A stretch of 64,000 nucleotides of DNA from Candidatus Colwellbacteria bacterium (GTDB lineage Bacteria; Patescibacteriota; Minisyncoccia; UBA6257; Colwellbacteraceae): the NCBI GenBank assembly GCA_028710275.1, contig JAQTUL010000002.1, positions 12,855 through 76,854 on the forward strand. Reading direction: 5' to 3'. The position numbers and the translations under genes were made by a program. Of the stretch, positions 38,982 through 48,433 are shown piece after piece (the first letter of the stretch is position 1; every line of letters begins with the position of its first letter). The notes beneath the pieces were generated by a model. The model worked only from the letters and a program-made list of their open reading frames with translations, did no database searches and was not told where the DNA came from.

Positions 38982-39455
38982 TTAAGAGAAGATACGAAAG
39001 AATAGAAAACTTAGAACAGAGGATGCAATCCCCGTCTTTGCAGACATCAACATGATGAATGGTGTATAGGTTCCAGCTAATCTAAGCACAGGAAAAAGAT
39101 AATCCTTTATGTAGGAGTATTTGCTATAAGGAATTTTTACACCCTTGATAGTACTGATCTCGTTTGAAACCAGAATCATACTCTCATTCATCTTATCAAC
39201 GTTATCACCTAATCTATTTACATTTTCGTTTTGTATAACCATGAGTTTATGCATATCGATAACCATACTTTTGAGGTACTCCACCTCCTTTAACAGATCA
39301 CAGTGTCGTTTGTGATCAATCACTTCATTTACAATAAGCCATTTTCTCTCATCCCCGGTATTTGAGTCATCAAGATCATCAATCTCGTCTAACACTTCAA
39401 TCTCGGTATGATCAATTAATAGCTGTTCATTAGAGACACATTCGTTAGTCGACAT
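38982..39455 (-). CDS. hypothetical protein with C-terminal hydrophobic segment
   Basis: 157 aa. ATG verified (MSTNECV). Confidence 0.45.
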   Translation of the reverse strand: MSTNECVSNEQLLIDHTEIEVLDEIDDLDDSNTGDERKWLIVNEVIDHKRHCDLLKEVEYLKSMVIDMHKLMVIQNENVNRLGDNVDKMNESMILVSNEISTIKGVKIPYSKYSYIKDYLFPVLRLAGTYTPFIMLMSAKTGIASSVLSFLFFRIFS

Positions 39456-39583
39456 TGTATAAACTATGTAAAGATATTCGGTCTTAAATCAAATTTTATG
39501 AAATCTGAGCAGCTTAGATGAGATTGGTGAATCCAACCCGGAGCTTTTAACAATAGAAAATCTATTTAAGAGAGTAGTTGTTT

Positions 39584-39994
39584 ATGTATCTTATGTCGAA
39601 TATTAGTCTCACCGACGCTGATAAAATTGCGTTAGAAACATTCAGATTTCTAGCCGATGACCAATTACTTGAAAATCTGCAAATGGAATTGATGAGTAAA
39701 CTACGAGCTCATCATTCGATCTATACAATTATGGATGTTCTTTCGTATTACATCAAAGAGAAACTTATCAATCCTCTCGACCTGTTCTATGGAACAGAAG
39801 ACCGTTACGAAGCTCTGATGCTCTGGAAAGCTTCAGAGGGATCGGAATTCTATTACGACGATTTCGTTGAGTGTTGGGATGAGGAGAATCCTATCGTATC
39901 ATGGAAAATGGAGATTCTCAATGTACACCCATCGGATATTGAGATTAATAGACGACAGGATCTGCTGAAGATTATCCCTGAGTCTGAACGATGA
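39584..39994 (+). CDS. hypothetical protein
   Basis: The track start 39578 is TTG. ATGs are at 39584 and 39593. Confidence 0.4.
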   Translation: MYLMSNISLTDADKIALETFRFLADDQLLENLQMELMSKLRAHHSIYTIMDVLSYYIKEKLINPLDLFYGTEDRYEALMLWKASEGSEFYYDDFVECWDEENPIVSWKMEILNVHPSDIEINRRQDLLKIIPESER

Positions 39995-40014
39995 AAACTG
40001 ATTAATCTTAAATA

Positions 40015-40623
40015 ATGTATAGTAAGTACCACCTGCAACTGAGTCTCATCACGATGTCTTTCGCTCCCATTCGTACCGAGATGCAATGCGAAGAGTATCT
40101 CTCTTATCTTCAAGCGTCGCAAGTCTTGAAAGTTCTTCATAAGTACTCTCAAGATCGTGATAGACGTCCACTGGACGGACGGTGTAATTCTCCTGGATGC
40201 GCCGATGGAAATGATGTGACTGAGATGATCGTTCTTTGTTTGTACAAGGGTGAGTATACATGTTTTGGATTTATCGTATCAGAAGATGGAGGATTTCGAC
40301 TGTATAATACTGATGGTTCATTTGAAGAACTCCTTCGTGAAGGAGAGAAAAGTTTGAACAAGTTTGGCGAATCAAACCCGGAGCTTTTGAAGAAAAATAA
40401 GTCAAAATACTATTACGGAGAGACACGATCCTATTATGGAGATACCTCCGTGTACAAGATGAATTTTTATGAATACGATTTTGATGCTTATCTACAGTAC
40501 CCTGATGATACCGATAACGATGTACTCAACGTACGATCTCTCATCACACAAAAAGAGACTAATGAATGGGCGCAATCTCAGACTGACGAAACGTTCAATA
40601 AGAACTCTCATATGTATGAGTAA
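40015..40623 (+). CDS. hypothetical protein; contains an in-frame copy of the dispersed repeat
   Basis: 202 aa. ATG verified. The repeat at 40351-40392 encodes NKFGESNPELLKK. Confidence 0.45.
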   Translation: MYSKYHLQLSLITMSFAPIRTEMQCEEYLSYLQASQVLKVLHKYSQDRDRRPLDGRCNSPGCADGNDVTEMIVLCLYKGEYTCFGFIVSEDGGFRLYNTDGSFEELLREGEKSLNKFGESNPELLKKNKSKYYYGETRSYYGDTSVYKMNFYEYDFDAYLQYPDDTDNDVLNVRSLITQKETNEWAQSQTDETFNKNSHMYE

Positions 40624-40644
40624 TTTCAAAAGTTGGAGAATCAT

Positions 40645-41514
40645 TTATTTATCATAAGTCTTCTCAACTAGTCGTTTATCAAATTCGTTACCCATCGATT
40701 TATTTTCATTATATAGATTACTATACTGTTCTAACAATTCACTCTCGTCGTCGCTGATTTCTGCTAACTCAGCACATTTGATCTTTTTAAACTCCTTCAA
40801 TTTTGTACTCATAATAGGAAGTATAGCCTCCTTCAGTTTCTTAGCTTGTATGTCAGTAACTATATTTCCTTTATCGTCGTGGTAAATGAAATTCTTCCGG
40901 TTCTTATCTGTACAACGATATGTTAGAGTACCCGATTCATCTTTGATTACATTATCAACTACCCAATCAGCTTGACCAACTCCTCCTCTTTCATAATGTT
41001 TTATAGTGTAGGTATCCTTTATAGATTCTAATCGTTCTTGGGAGAGATTGAGGGAGTTCATTGTTATATTCTTCGCTTTGATGTTTGTTGTGGTTGTTAT
41101 CGATGTTGCTTTTTCGAGTAATTTTTTACTTTGTTCTTGTGAGAAATCATGTTCTTTACTGAATAATTTGTAGTATATTTCACCCCGTTCCTTCTCTTTC
41201 TCTAATTGTATTTTAAGAGAACAATTTTCATCCTTCAATACATTTATGATTTTTTCATATGATTCCCGTACATCTTTTATCTCTTTTGTAAATTGTTCGA
41301 CTCCATACTTTTTAGGGCATATTATTTCATGGTTATCGTTGTTATGTTTACGAGTAAATTCCTTATAACAATACTGACAATTATATAAAATTGTATTAAT
41401 AGGTGTATCCACTATATCTTTTTGTTTGTTAAGACAATATTTGGTTCTAGCTTGATGCAGTTTCAAATTAGATTTTGTAGATAAATGCTGTCCGCAAAAT
41501 TCACACACAACCAT
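40645..41514 (-). CDS. paralogous-family protein (paralog of 14457-15371)
   Basis: 289 aa. The N-terminal C2H2-like finger CEFCGQHLSTKSNLKLHQARTKYC and the C-terminal domain are about 85% identical to the 14457-15371 product. Confidence 0.6.
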   Translation of the reverse strand: MVVCEFCGQHLSTKSNLKLHQARTKYCLNKQKDIVDTPINTILYNCQYCYKEFTRKHNNDNHEIICPKKYGVEQFTKEIKDVRESYEKIINVLKDENCSLKIQLEKEKERGEIYYKLFSKEHDFSQEQSKKLLEKATSITTTTNIKAKNITMNSLNLSQERLESIKDTYTIKHYERGGVGQADWVVDNVIKDESGTLTYRCTDKNRKNFIYHDDKGNIVTDIQAKKLKEAILPIMSTKLKEFKKIKCAELAEISDDESELLEQYSNLYNENKSMGNEFDKRLVEKTYDK

Positions 41515-41637
41515 GGCTGATTACTTTTTCTTACATTTCTTTAAAGTTACTTACTTAAGGAAAGTAAGTAAAAGTAAGGAATCTTCGAAATACTTCCGAA
41601 CTTATGACTTTCAGAGATCAGAGAAATCGTCTGAAAG

Positions 41638-41795
41638 TCATAACTCAAATTTATACATTAATAGAGACCGTTTTCGGATTATGACTTTCGGAGTTCAAAG
41701 GGAATCCCATTTCTAAAACTATTTGAAATTGAAAAAAGTATATCAAACTCTCTCAATATTTGTGAGAGAGGCGACCTCTCCACCGAAAAACTTTC
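41638..41795. repeat. conserved about 130 bp intergenic element with nested inverted repeats, copy B
   Basis: See the 15507-15665 entry. Confidence 0.85.
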
Positions 41796-41841
41796 TAGTT
41801 TCGGAGTTCGGAGATAGTCGTGAACTCCGAAAAACTATTTG

Positions 41842-41890
41842 ATTTTAAAAGCTTCGGTCCAATACATTGGACTACTTCGTACTTTTTAAA
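41842..41890. repeat. 45 bp AAAAGCTTCGG...CTTCGTACTTTT element (copy 2)
   Basis: See the 766-812 entry. Lies about 70 bp upstream of the PIF1 gene start. Confidence 0.75.
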
Positions 41891-41956
41891 AGACATTGAT
41901 CAATGTCTTTTAAAATTGATCCAAAAGAATAGAGATAATACTAGTACATCTTCCAA

Positions 41957-44900
41957 ATGGCTGCTGAGAAATCGATCAGTTCTTTATCAAACTCCTTCAA
42001 GGAGATAAATCTCGAGGGTAACAACGACAGTGTGATACAATCTAAATTTTTAGATCTGGTTTTTAACAAAAAGAGAAATATTTTGTTATCATCCCCTGGT
42101 GGATGTGGTAAATCGTGGCTTATTATTAACATCATAAAAAAGGAAGCTGAACAAAGAGGTCTATCAATATCATTGACGTCAACCACAGGAGTCTCTGCGT
42201 TATCAATTGGTGGAACTACAATTAATAGATGGGGGAGTATCAAATTGGGAAAGGAATCGATTATGACTATTTGTACAAGAATAAAGAATAATAAGGAGAC
42301 ATTAAAAAGATGGAATGAATGTAAAATTTTAGTTATAGATGAAATATCTATGATGGGAGTAAAAACATTTGAATTATTAGATAATGTGGGTCGAAATATA
42401 TGTGAATCAAATTTACCTTTCGGTGGCAAACAATTAATATTATCAGGTGATTTTTTACAACTACCTCCCATCGGAGATTCCTTTATTTTTAAATCTGAGA
42501 TATGGGATACTTTTAATTTCAGATTTTTCAGATTAACGACCCCGAAGCGATATCCTGATATCGATCATTTTAATATGCTCATGAATATGAGATTGGGAAA
42601 TACTTCTAAAGATGATACTAAAAAAATGTATGGTAGAGTTGACGCATATATCGATTATATTCGTAAAGGATTAGAAAAGAAGGAAAAAATTAAACCAACA
42701 AGAATTTATTCCCTTAAAAAAGATGTTGAAACATTTAACCTAGACGAACTCTCTAAATTGGAAGGTAAAACTATCGTCTATAATTCTATTGACAAGTTCT
42801 CCAAAAAATTATCTGAAAAGGAAAAATTAATCGACAAGAATGAGCGAAAAAAGGATAATATATCAGGAAAGGATGTTATGGACTGTACAGAATTTTTAGA
42901 TACAGTTGTGAATAGGCAGATACTTTTAAAACCGGGAGCACAAATAATGTTGACATATAATTTAGCCATAGATATTGGGTTAGTTAATGGGTCTAGAGGT
43001 GTAGTATTATCTTGTGATCAAGACAGTATCAATGTATTATTTAAAAATGGAATCACAACCAGAATAGGGTATAATAAATACGAATTTGACGATGGTAAGA
43101 TTCTCATGGTAAGATATCAACTTCCAATAATTCTGGCGTGGGCAACGTCGATACATAAATGTGTCGATGAAAATACATTAATAAGCACAGAGAATGGGTT
43201 GATAAGAATCAAAGATATATCAACTCATATGATGGGGAAAAATACAAATATGATTCATCCTGATAATTCTATATTACATATATCAGAAAAAATATACGGT
43301 CGCAATGGAATTAATAAAACATCTGAAATATATAAAGGGTGTGTGGAAAAATCTTTAAAAATAACAACCAAATTAGGATATAGTATTGAGGGGTCACATA
43401 AACATCCTATATTAGTTTACGATAATGGAAAAGAGGTATGGAAAACTCTTCCATTTATCAACAAGGGAGATTATATTGTATTCCGAACAGGATTGTTCTG
43501 TGGTCGAAAAGATAATATTACAACTGATATGTTTACTATTGAGCAATATAGAGAAGGAAGTAAAAAGATATACTCTATTCCTCAAACAATAGATGAAGAT
43601 ATATGTTATGTTATCGGATTATTAGTAGGGGACGGAACATATTGTTATTCTACAAACGGAGATTATAAAATAGGATATGTAACATTAGATAACGAACTAA
43701 TCAATAAATTTAAATCTGTTATGGATACCAAATTCAAAACCGATGTTAGAATTTTCGAAGATAATGGCGCCCAACGCTGTATTGTAAGTTCCAAAATGAT
43801 TAGAAACTTTTTTGAGATATTCGGTCTTTCGTATACGAAAAGAACCGAGAAAACGGTTCCATGGTGTATTCTTGAGAATACAGTGGAATGCCAAAGAAAA
43901 TTCATAAAGGGATTATTCGATACGGACGGGGGTATAAATAATTCGTGTATACATTTTACAAATACGTCAGAAAAAGTTATTGATATTACTCAAATTCTTC
44001 TACTCAACAATGGTATTATATCTTCTAAAAGAGTTCTCAGAGAAGCAACCGATAAATGGAGTAAAGTATTTAGAATTCAGATATGTGGAATAAATGCTCG
44101 AAAATATATGTCTACAATTGGATTTTTCTGTTTACGTAAACAGAAACAAGGTATAAAACAGTACGGTAAAGACCCATCGATACAATTGATCCCAAAAACT
44201 AATATATGCAGTATTCCCGATTCTTATACTATTACGAAAACTATTAAAGATCAGCTTACAACATCAAAAAGAAATGATTCATCATTTCATAGTTTCATCT
44301 ATAAACGTGTAGGAAGAGGTGATCTCAATTCGACTATATGTTACGATCAGTTACCATATTTAATTCAAGAGTGTAAAAATAGAAATATTAAATTAGACCC
44401 TAAAATCCAAGAGTGGGTAAATAATGGAATATTTTTTGATAGAGTCGATTCAATTGAAGAAGGTTTGTGTCAGATGTATGATATCGCAGTTCCGGAAGAT
44501 CATACATTTATAGCGAACGGGATTGTAAATCATAACTGTCAAGGAGCGACCCTTGATTATGCTATCATGGATCTTGGATCATCTATCTTCGCTCCGGGAA
44601 TGGCGTATGTCGCCCTTTCTCGTGTCAGAACTCTTGATGGTCTACTATTGAGTAGCTTTGTCCCAAAGAAGATCATCGCGGATCCAGAGGCTCTAGAATT
44701 TGAGAGAATGATTGAAGCTCAAGAAAAGGATGAGGATATCGATTACGAGATCGAGAAAGGAGGTGGAATGCCTCAAGAGGAGGGGCGCCCGAATAAACAA
44801 GTGAAACAACAAGAGATTACTGTTCTTCGAGGAACAATGTGTGGTGAGACCATGATGGTTGATAAGATTCCAGGAGTAGACAAACACATTGTCGCATTCA

Positions 44901-45112
44901 TTATGGCAGATTGTCCAGAGATCTACGAGATTATGGATCCTGATATGTGGAAGAAACTCAAGGGATTAGAAGCACCATTGAAAGTTGATAATGAGACACT
45001 GTATAGTAAGCTCTTAGAACTTCTGGAGTTGGAGAGCGGAGAAACTGGAGACGAAGATGATAACGAACCTGGTGGATTGATAGACTGTGAGGAGGATGTG
45101 TTAGAGTTGTAG
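41957..45112 (+). CDS. PIF1-like SF1 DNA helicase interrupted by an intein
   Basis: Walker A SSPGGCGKSW, LVIDEISMMG, LILSGDFLQLPPI. The motif ATSIHK is split from CQGATLDYAIMDLG...MAYVALSRVRTLDGLLL by a 459 aa Hint+LAGLIDADG insert. Confidence 0.88.
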   Translation: MAAEKSISSLSNSFKEINLEGNNDSVIQSKFLDLVFNKKRNILLSSPGGCGKSWLIINIIKKEAEQRGLSISLTSTTGVSALSIGGTTINRWGSIKLGKESIMTICTRIKNNKETLKRWNECKILVIDEISMMGVKTFELLDNVGRNICESNLPFGGKQLILSGDFLQLPPIGDSFIFKSEIWDTFNFRFFRLTTPKRYPDIDHFNMLMNMRLGNTSKDDTKKMYGRVDAYIDYIRKGLEKKEKIKPTRIYSLKKDVETFNLDELSKLEGKTIVYNSIDKFSKKLSEKEKLIDKNERKKDNISGKDVMDCTEFLDTVVNRQILLKPGAQIMLTYNLAIDIGLVNGSRGVVLSCDQDSINVLFKNGITTRIGYNKYEFDDGKILMVRYQLPIILAWATSIHKCVDENTLISTENGLIRIKDISTHMMGKNTNMIHPDNSILHISEKIYGRNGINKTSEIYKGCVEKSLKITTKLGYSIEGSHKHPILVYDNGKEVWKTLPFINKGDYIVFRTGLFCGRKDNITTDMFTIEQYREGSKKIYSIPQTIDEDICYVIGLLVGDGTYCYSTNGDYKIGYVTLDNELINKFKSVMDTKFKTDVRIFEDNGAQRCIVSSKMIRNFFEIFGLSYTKRTEKTVPWCILENTVECQRKFIKGLFDTDGGINNSCIHFTNTSEKVIDITQILLLNNGIISSKRVLREATDKWSKVFRIQICGINARKYMSTIGFFCLRKQKQGIKQYGKDPSIQLIPKTNICSIPDSYTITKTIKDQLTTSKRNDSSFHSFIYKRVGRGDLNSTICYDQLPYLIQECKNRNIKLDPKIQEWVNNGIFFDRVDSIEEGLCQMYDIAVPEDHTFIANGIVNHNCQGATLDYAIMDLGSSIFAPGMAYVALSRVRTLDGLLLSSFVPKKIIADPEALEFERMIEAQEKDEDIDYEIEKGGGMPQEEGRPNKQVKQQEITVLRGTMCGETMMVDKIPGVDKHIVAFIMADCPEIYEIMDPDMWKKLKGLEAPLKVDNETLYSKLLELLELESGETGDEDDNEPGGLIDCEEDVLEL
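43160..44536 (+). mobile_element. intein with LAGLIDADG homing endonuclease domain, inserted in PIF1 helicase motif (IHK|C...HN|CQG)
   Basis: Starts with Cys (CVDENTLI) at codon 402 and ends with IVNHN followed by a +1 Cys. Two LAGLIDADG blocks (VIGLLVGDGTY and IKGLFDTDGGIN). Removing it restores the ATSIHK-CQGATLD helicase motif. Confidence 0.8.
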
Positions 45113-45125
45113 AAAAAATGTTTGT

Positions 45126-45153
45126 TTTCAATATGTACTTGACTATTGAAAAC
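45126..45153. terminator. hairpin palindrome TTTTCAATA-n10-TATTGAAAA 14 bp after the PIF1 gene stop
   Basis: Perfect 9 bp arms. Position relative to the stop is consistent with a 3'-end hairpin signal. Confidence 0.45.
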
Positions 45154-45250
45154 TAATCTTCCGAGATTCTCCGGATAGTGACTAAAAAGTGAATTTCTGA
45201 CTAACTAAGAAGAGACAATCACCCACCACCTAATCACAACACACTCAATC

Positions 45251-45742
45251 ATGTCGTCCACCTCTGCTTACACCGCTCTCGGCCAGTACCTCATCGGAAA
45301 GGAGAAGTCCGATCGAGAGAACACAAAGCTCAAGGACGCAGCGGTTTGTGGTTCTATCGTGAACTTCAAGAGTCTCGTTTCTCGTGGATACAATCCCTAT
45401 CGTCCAGACAATGATGGAAAGATGCCGTTCGAGTGGGCTGAGGATCAGGAGAAGTTCAAAGAGCTGTCAGCTGAGTGGATTCATCAGCTCGCGTTCGATA
45501 TGAATCCCGACACCTTCTCGGACGATTCTGACGACGAGGATCGGAAGAAGACTCTCGAGAAGGTGGTTCAGTATGTTGTGCAGGTTGACGGTCACGAACT
45601 TGCTATGCTTCGGGAACATCTCAGTTCCATGCGCAACAACGATGAGGAAGATGAAGATGAGAAGACACCTAGAAGGTATGTTCAATCTACGGATGATCCT
45701 ATGTGCGATCACAATTATCTTTCCAACTCTAGAGGAGATTGA
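45251..45742 (+). CDS. hypothetical acidic protein
   Basis: 163 aa. ATG verified. Confidence 0.45.
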   Translation: MSSTSAYTALGQYLIGKEKSDRENTKLKDAAVCGSIVNFKSLVSRGYNPYRPDNDGKMPFEWAEDQEKFKELSAEWIHQLAFDMNPDTFSDDSDDEDRKKTLEKVVQYVVQVDGHELAMLREHLSSMRNNDEEDEDEKTPRRYVQSTDDPMCDHNYLSNSRGD

Positions 45743-45780
45743 TGTAACTTAGACTATGCATGGATACTACAAGGAGTAAC

Positions 45781-46140
45781 TCATCCGCAAACACTCGAGT
45801 CGGGAATAGGAGAATACATTAGAAAAGAGGCAATAAATCCTGCTATCACTGCTGTTGCCGGTGATAACAAGACCTGTTTAGTTGTTATGTTCGGAATATT
45901 ATCTCCGATAACCAAGACCATTACTAAAACACTAAATGTCACAGCCATCGGAACAGACATTCTGAGTGCATTTAGATAATTTGGTTTCTTTGTCTGATCT
46001 TGACATCTAGAGATTAAGGCGAGAAAGCATGATAAAAATCCTAGAATAACTGCAACAGGAAGTGATCCTGATACACCATATTTTCCGTGAATATACCAGA
46101 CGAGAAGCGGAAGGAAAAATAGAATAGTCTCTCTTATCAT
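45781..46140 (-). CDS. small multi-pass membrane protein
   Basis: 119 aa. ATG verified. Four hydrophobic helices. Confidence 0.45.
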   Translation of the reverse strand: MIRETILFFLPLLVWYIHGKYGVSGSLPVAVILGFLSCFLALISRCQDQTKKPNYLNALRMSVPMAVTFSVLVMVLVIGDNIPNITTKQVLLSPATAVIAGFIASFLMYSPIPDSSVCG

Positions 46141-46156
46141 CTTATGTTGTGTAAAT

Positions 46157-46231
46157 ACTTTTTAAAGTCTAGACTTTAAAAAGCTCCGTCTCGATTATCA
46201 GGATTGTTCCAACTTTTTAAAAGCTCCGTCC
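46157..46231. repeat. two partial dispersed repeat copies (- orientation) plus 26 bp perfect palindrome CTTTTTAAAGTCTAGACTTTAAAAAG in the divergent spacer
   Basis: ctttttaaagtctagactttaaaaagctccgtc ... gttccaactttttaaaagctccgtcc. Confidence 0.75.
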
Positions 46232-46236
46232 GATAT

Positions 46237-47694
46237 CTAGACCACATCAAATCCAAAGTACTTATTTACTATTGTACTGAACGTCGTGTTGAATTCATCT
46301 ACCGTCATATGGATAGGAACATATTGTTTACTGAATTTTTGGCTCCACTTTTTCACCTCTTCAACTACATAGGTTTTGGTATCTTCTTCCCACGGATCGC
46401 CTGATAATCCGTTCATAATTTTTTCTTGCATTTCTTCAGATGTTTCATCAACCACATTTTGTAAACTTGTTTTAAGAGAGATTGTAAATTCATGTTTCAT
46501 ATCAATGTATACAAGACCATCCTCAATCCCTGTAAAAACATTGAACAACCTATTGTAGTGACCGGAGAAGCAAGTACCAGACATCTCTGTCAACTCTTCA
46601 ATAAGTCTCATCCACAAGAGATTATATTCCTTGTGATTGGAGATAATAAAGACTACACGATCAAAGACATCCTTAAGAACATATTCCCCCACTGTTTCAG
46701 TCATGATTTTAACGTTATCAGTTGAAAATCTCTGCACGCTCAATTCAACTGCATTCTTATTGATCTTTACAACTTTTTGGTGTTCGTCAAAATACGATCC
46801 AGTCTGAATAGCGGATGATATTTTGTTTTTCATATCCGTGTAATTTCTCATCTTCTGATCTGATCTCTCAAAATCAGTCGAACTCTTTATCATCCACAAA
46901 AGAAATTTTGTCTTGCAGCTATCGAGTTGATGAACCGATTGAGAGTTATGATTTAATTCACCAACAACTCTCAATAACCTAATATTGTTTTCACCCCATC
47001 GATTGAACTCTCTAAACTGCTCAGTCTGAGGAAGAGTGTACAGGAAAAAATCAGCAAGATCGTTGGTTAATTTTTCATCACCTACAACCAACCCTTGTGA
47101 TATTCTACACATTTCAGGAGTGATCCAATTGTTAAGAGTATACATCTGTAGTACTGGGATCAGAAAATTGGTGACATTCAATTGGTTCTGAAAGAAGTAT
47201 GAATCCAGACCGTCTTTCAATAGTGGTTTTGATGGTGTGTGTTTAGAGATATCATGAACGCGAGACAGACCGGCTATATATTTTCTTGTTGGACGATGTA
47301 GCATTTGAACACTATTGTATATGTTATATCCTCTAGCGATAGTGTTTTTCGATACTAACTCTTCATATAATCTCTTTCCGATATTAGTGTATTCCTCTGA
47401 CATTCTAGCCATAAAGAAATTAAACCATACTTCATACTTGATCTCGTTGTTCACAGTATCGCTCAAGTTAAACCCGATCATCTCTTCCAATATAGTTTCA
47501 CCTATAGTAGTTGTGTCCAGGTATTCACAGCACTTAATACGTTGATCAAAATGAAGTGTTTTATCCTTTGCATAGGTTTCTATTTTTGAGAGAAAACTCT
47601 CCCTTGTTGTTCCGTAAGGGGTTACATGTTGATTACAGTTAACCATAAATTCGTAAGTGCTGCATAAGTCGTCTACCATCTCTACTAATATCAT
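46237..47694 (-). CDS. hypothetical protein
   Basis: 485 aa. ATG verified (MILVEMVDD). Confidence 0.55.
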   Translation of the reverse strand: MILVEMVDDLCSTYEFMVNCNQHVTPYGTTRESFLSKIETYAKDKTLHFDQRIKCCEYLDTTTIGETILEEMIGFNLSDTVNNEIKYEVWFNFFMARMSEEYTNIGKRLYEELVSKNTIARGYNIYNSVQMLHRPTRKYIAGLSRVHDISKHTPSKPLLKDGLDSYFFQNQLNVTNFLIPVLQMYTLNNWITPEMCRISQGLVVGDEKLTNDLADFFLYTLPQTEQFREFNRWGENNIRLLRVVGELNHNSQSVHQLDSCKTKFLLWMIKSSTDFERSDQKMRNYTDMKNKISSAIQTGSYFDEHQKVVKINKNAVELSVQRFSTDNVKIMTETVGEYVLKDVFDRVVFIISNHKEYNLLWMRLIEELTEMSGTCFSGHYNRLFNVFTGIEDGLVYIDMKHEFTISLKTSLQNVVDETSEEMQEKIMNGLSGDPWEEDTKTYVVEEVKKWSQKFSKQYVPIHMTVDEFNTTFSTIVNKYFGFDVV

Positions 47695-47770
47695 TGTAGT
47701 CTCTTAAATTAATTTATAATCGGTACTTTGAAAAGTGAAAAAGTTGATACAGCGCAAATGGTAAGAAACC

Positions 47771-48361
47771 ATGTCGAAAACTGAGGTAGAAATAATATTT
47801 GAGGATCACATCTTTGTTGCAGTTATCGGAACTGCTGGTGGAAAGAAGGATCCTATGAACGAGAAGCTTGATGAGGATCTCTTTCGGAAGATGGTAATCT
47901 CCGCAGACAAAACTATTATGAATGAGTTCGGATTGGATTCTCGAGGTGTTATTCTTGTTAGTGGAGGTGCAGCGTGGAGTGATCATGTAGCTGTAGAGTT
48001 GTACAAGACTGGACGATATGGTGGGCTACAGATTCATTTTCCGTGTGAATGGGAGGGAGGAAAACACAATGATACCGGAGAATATGATTGGAGAACCAAT
48101 CCGGGGAGATTGGCAAACAGTCTCCATGACGCATTCTCGAAAAAGATTGGTCGAGATAGTCAATCCGATTTCTCTCTTCTCTCAGAAGATGAGAATGTAC
48201 AGTTCGTCACTGGAAAGGGATTTCATACTCGAAATTCTAAAGTCGCTAAATCAGAATACATGATAGCTTTCACATTCGGAAGTATCAAGGGTGGAACCTC
48301 GGATACGTGGGGAAAATGTAAAGGAAGTCGCCATCATATAGATATCGATTCTTTGACTTAA
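47771..48361 (+). CDS. possible SLOG-superfamily (DprA/Smf/LOG-like Rossmann) protein
   Basis: AVIGTAGG...ILVSGGAAWSDHVAVELY...GKGFHTRNSKVAKSEYMIAFTFGSIKGGTSDTW follows the glycine-rich pattern of the SLOG fold. Weak, and not verified by search. Confidence 0.35.
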   Translation: MSKTEVEIIFEDHIFVAVIGTAGGKKDPMNEKLDEDLFRKMVISADKTIMNEFGLDSRGVILVSGGAAWSDHVAVELYKTGRYGGLQIHFPCEWEGGKHNDTGEYDWRTNPGRLANSLHDAFSKKIGRDSQSDFSLLSEDENVQFVTGKGFHTRNSKVAKSEYMIAFTFGSIKGGTSDTWGKCKGSRHHIDIDSLT

Positions 48362-48433
48362 TGTCGAAAAAATGATTATTTCATATTGTATCACGGAGAG
48401 ATTACTCCGTGATACAAATACCACTTCAAAACC

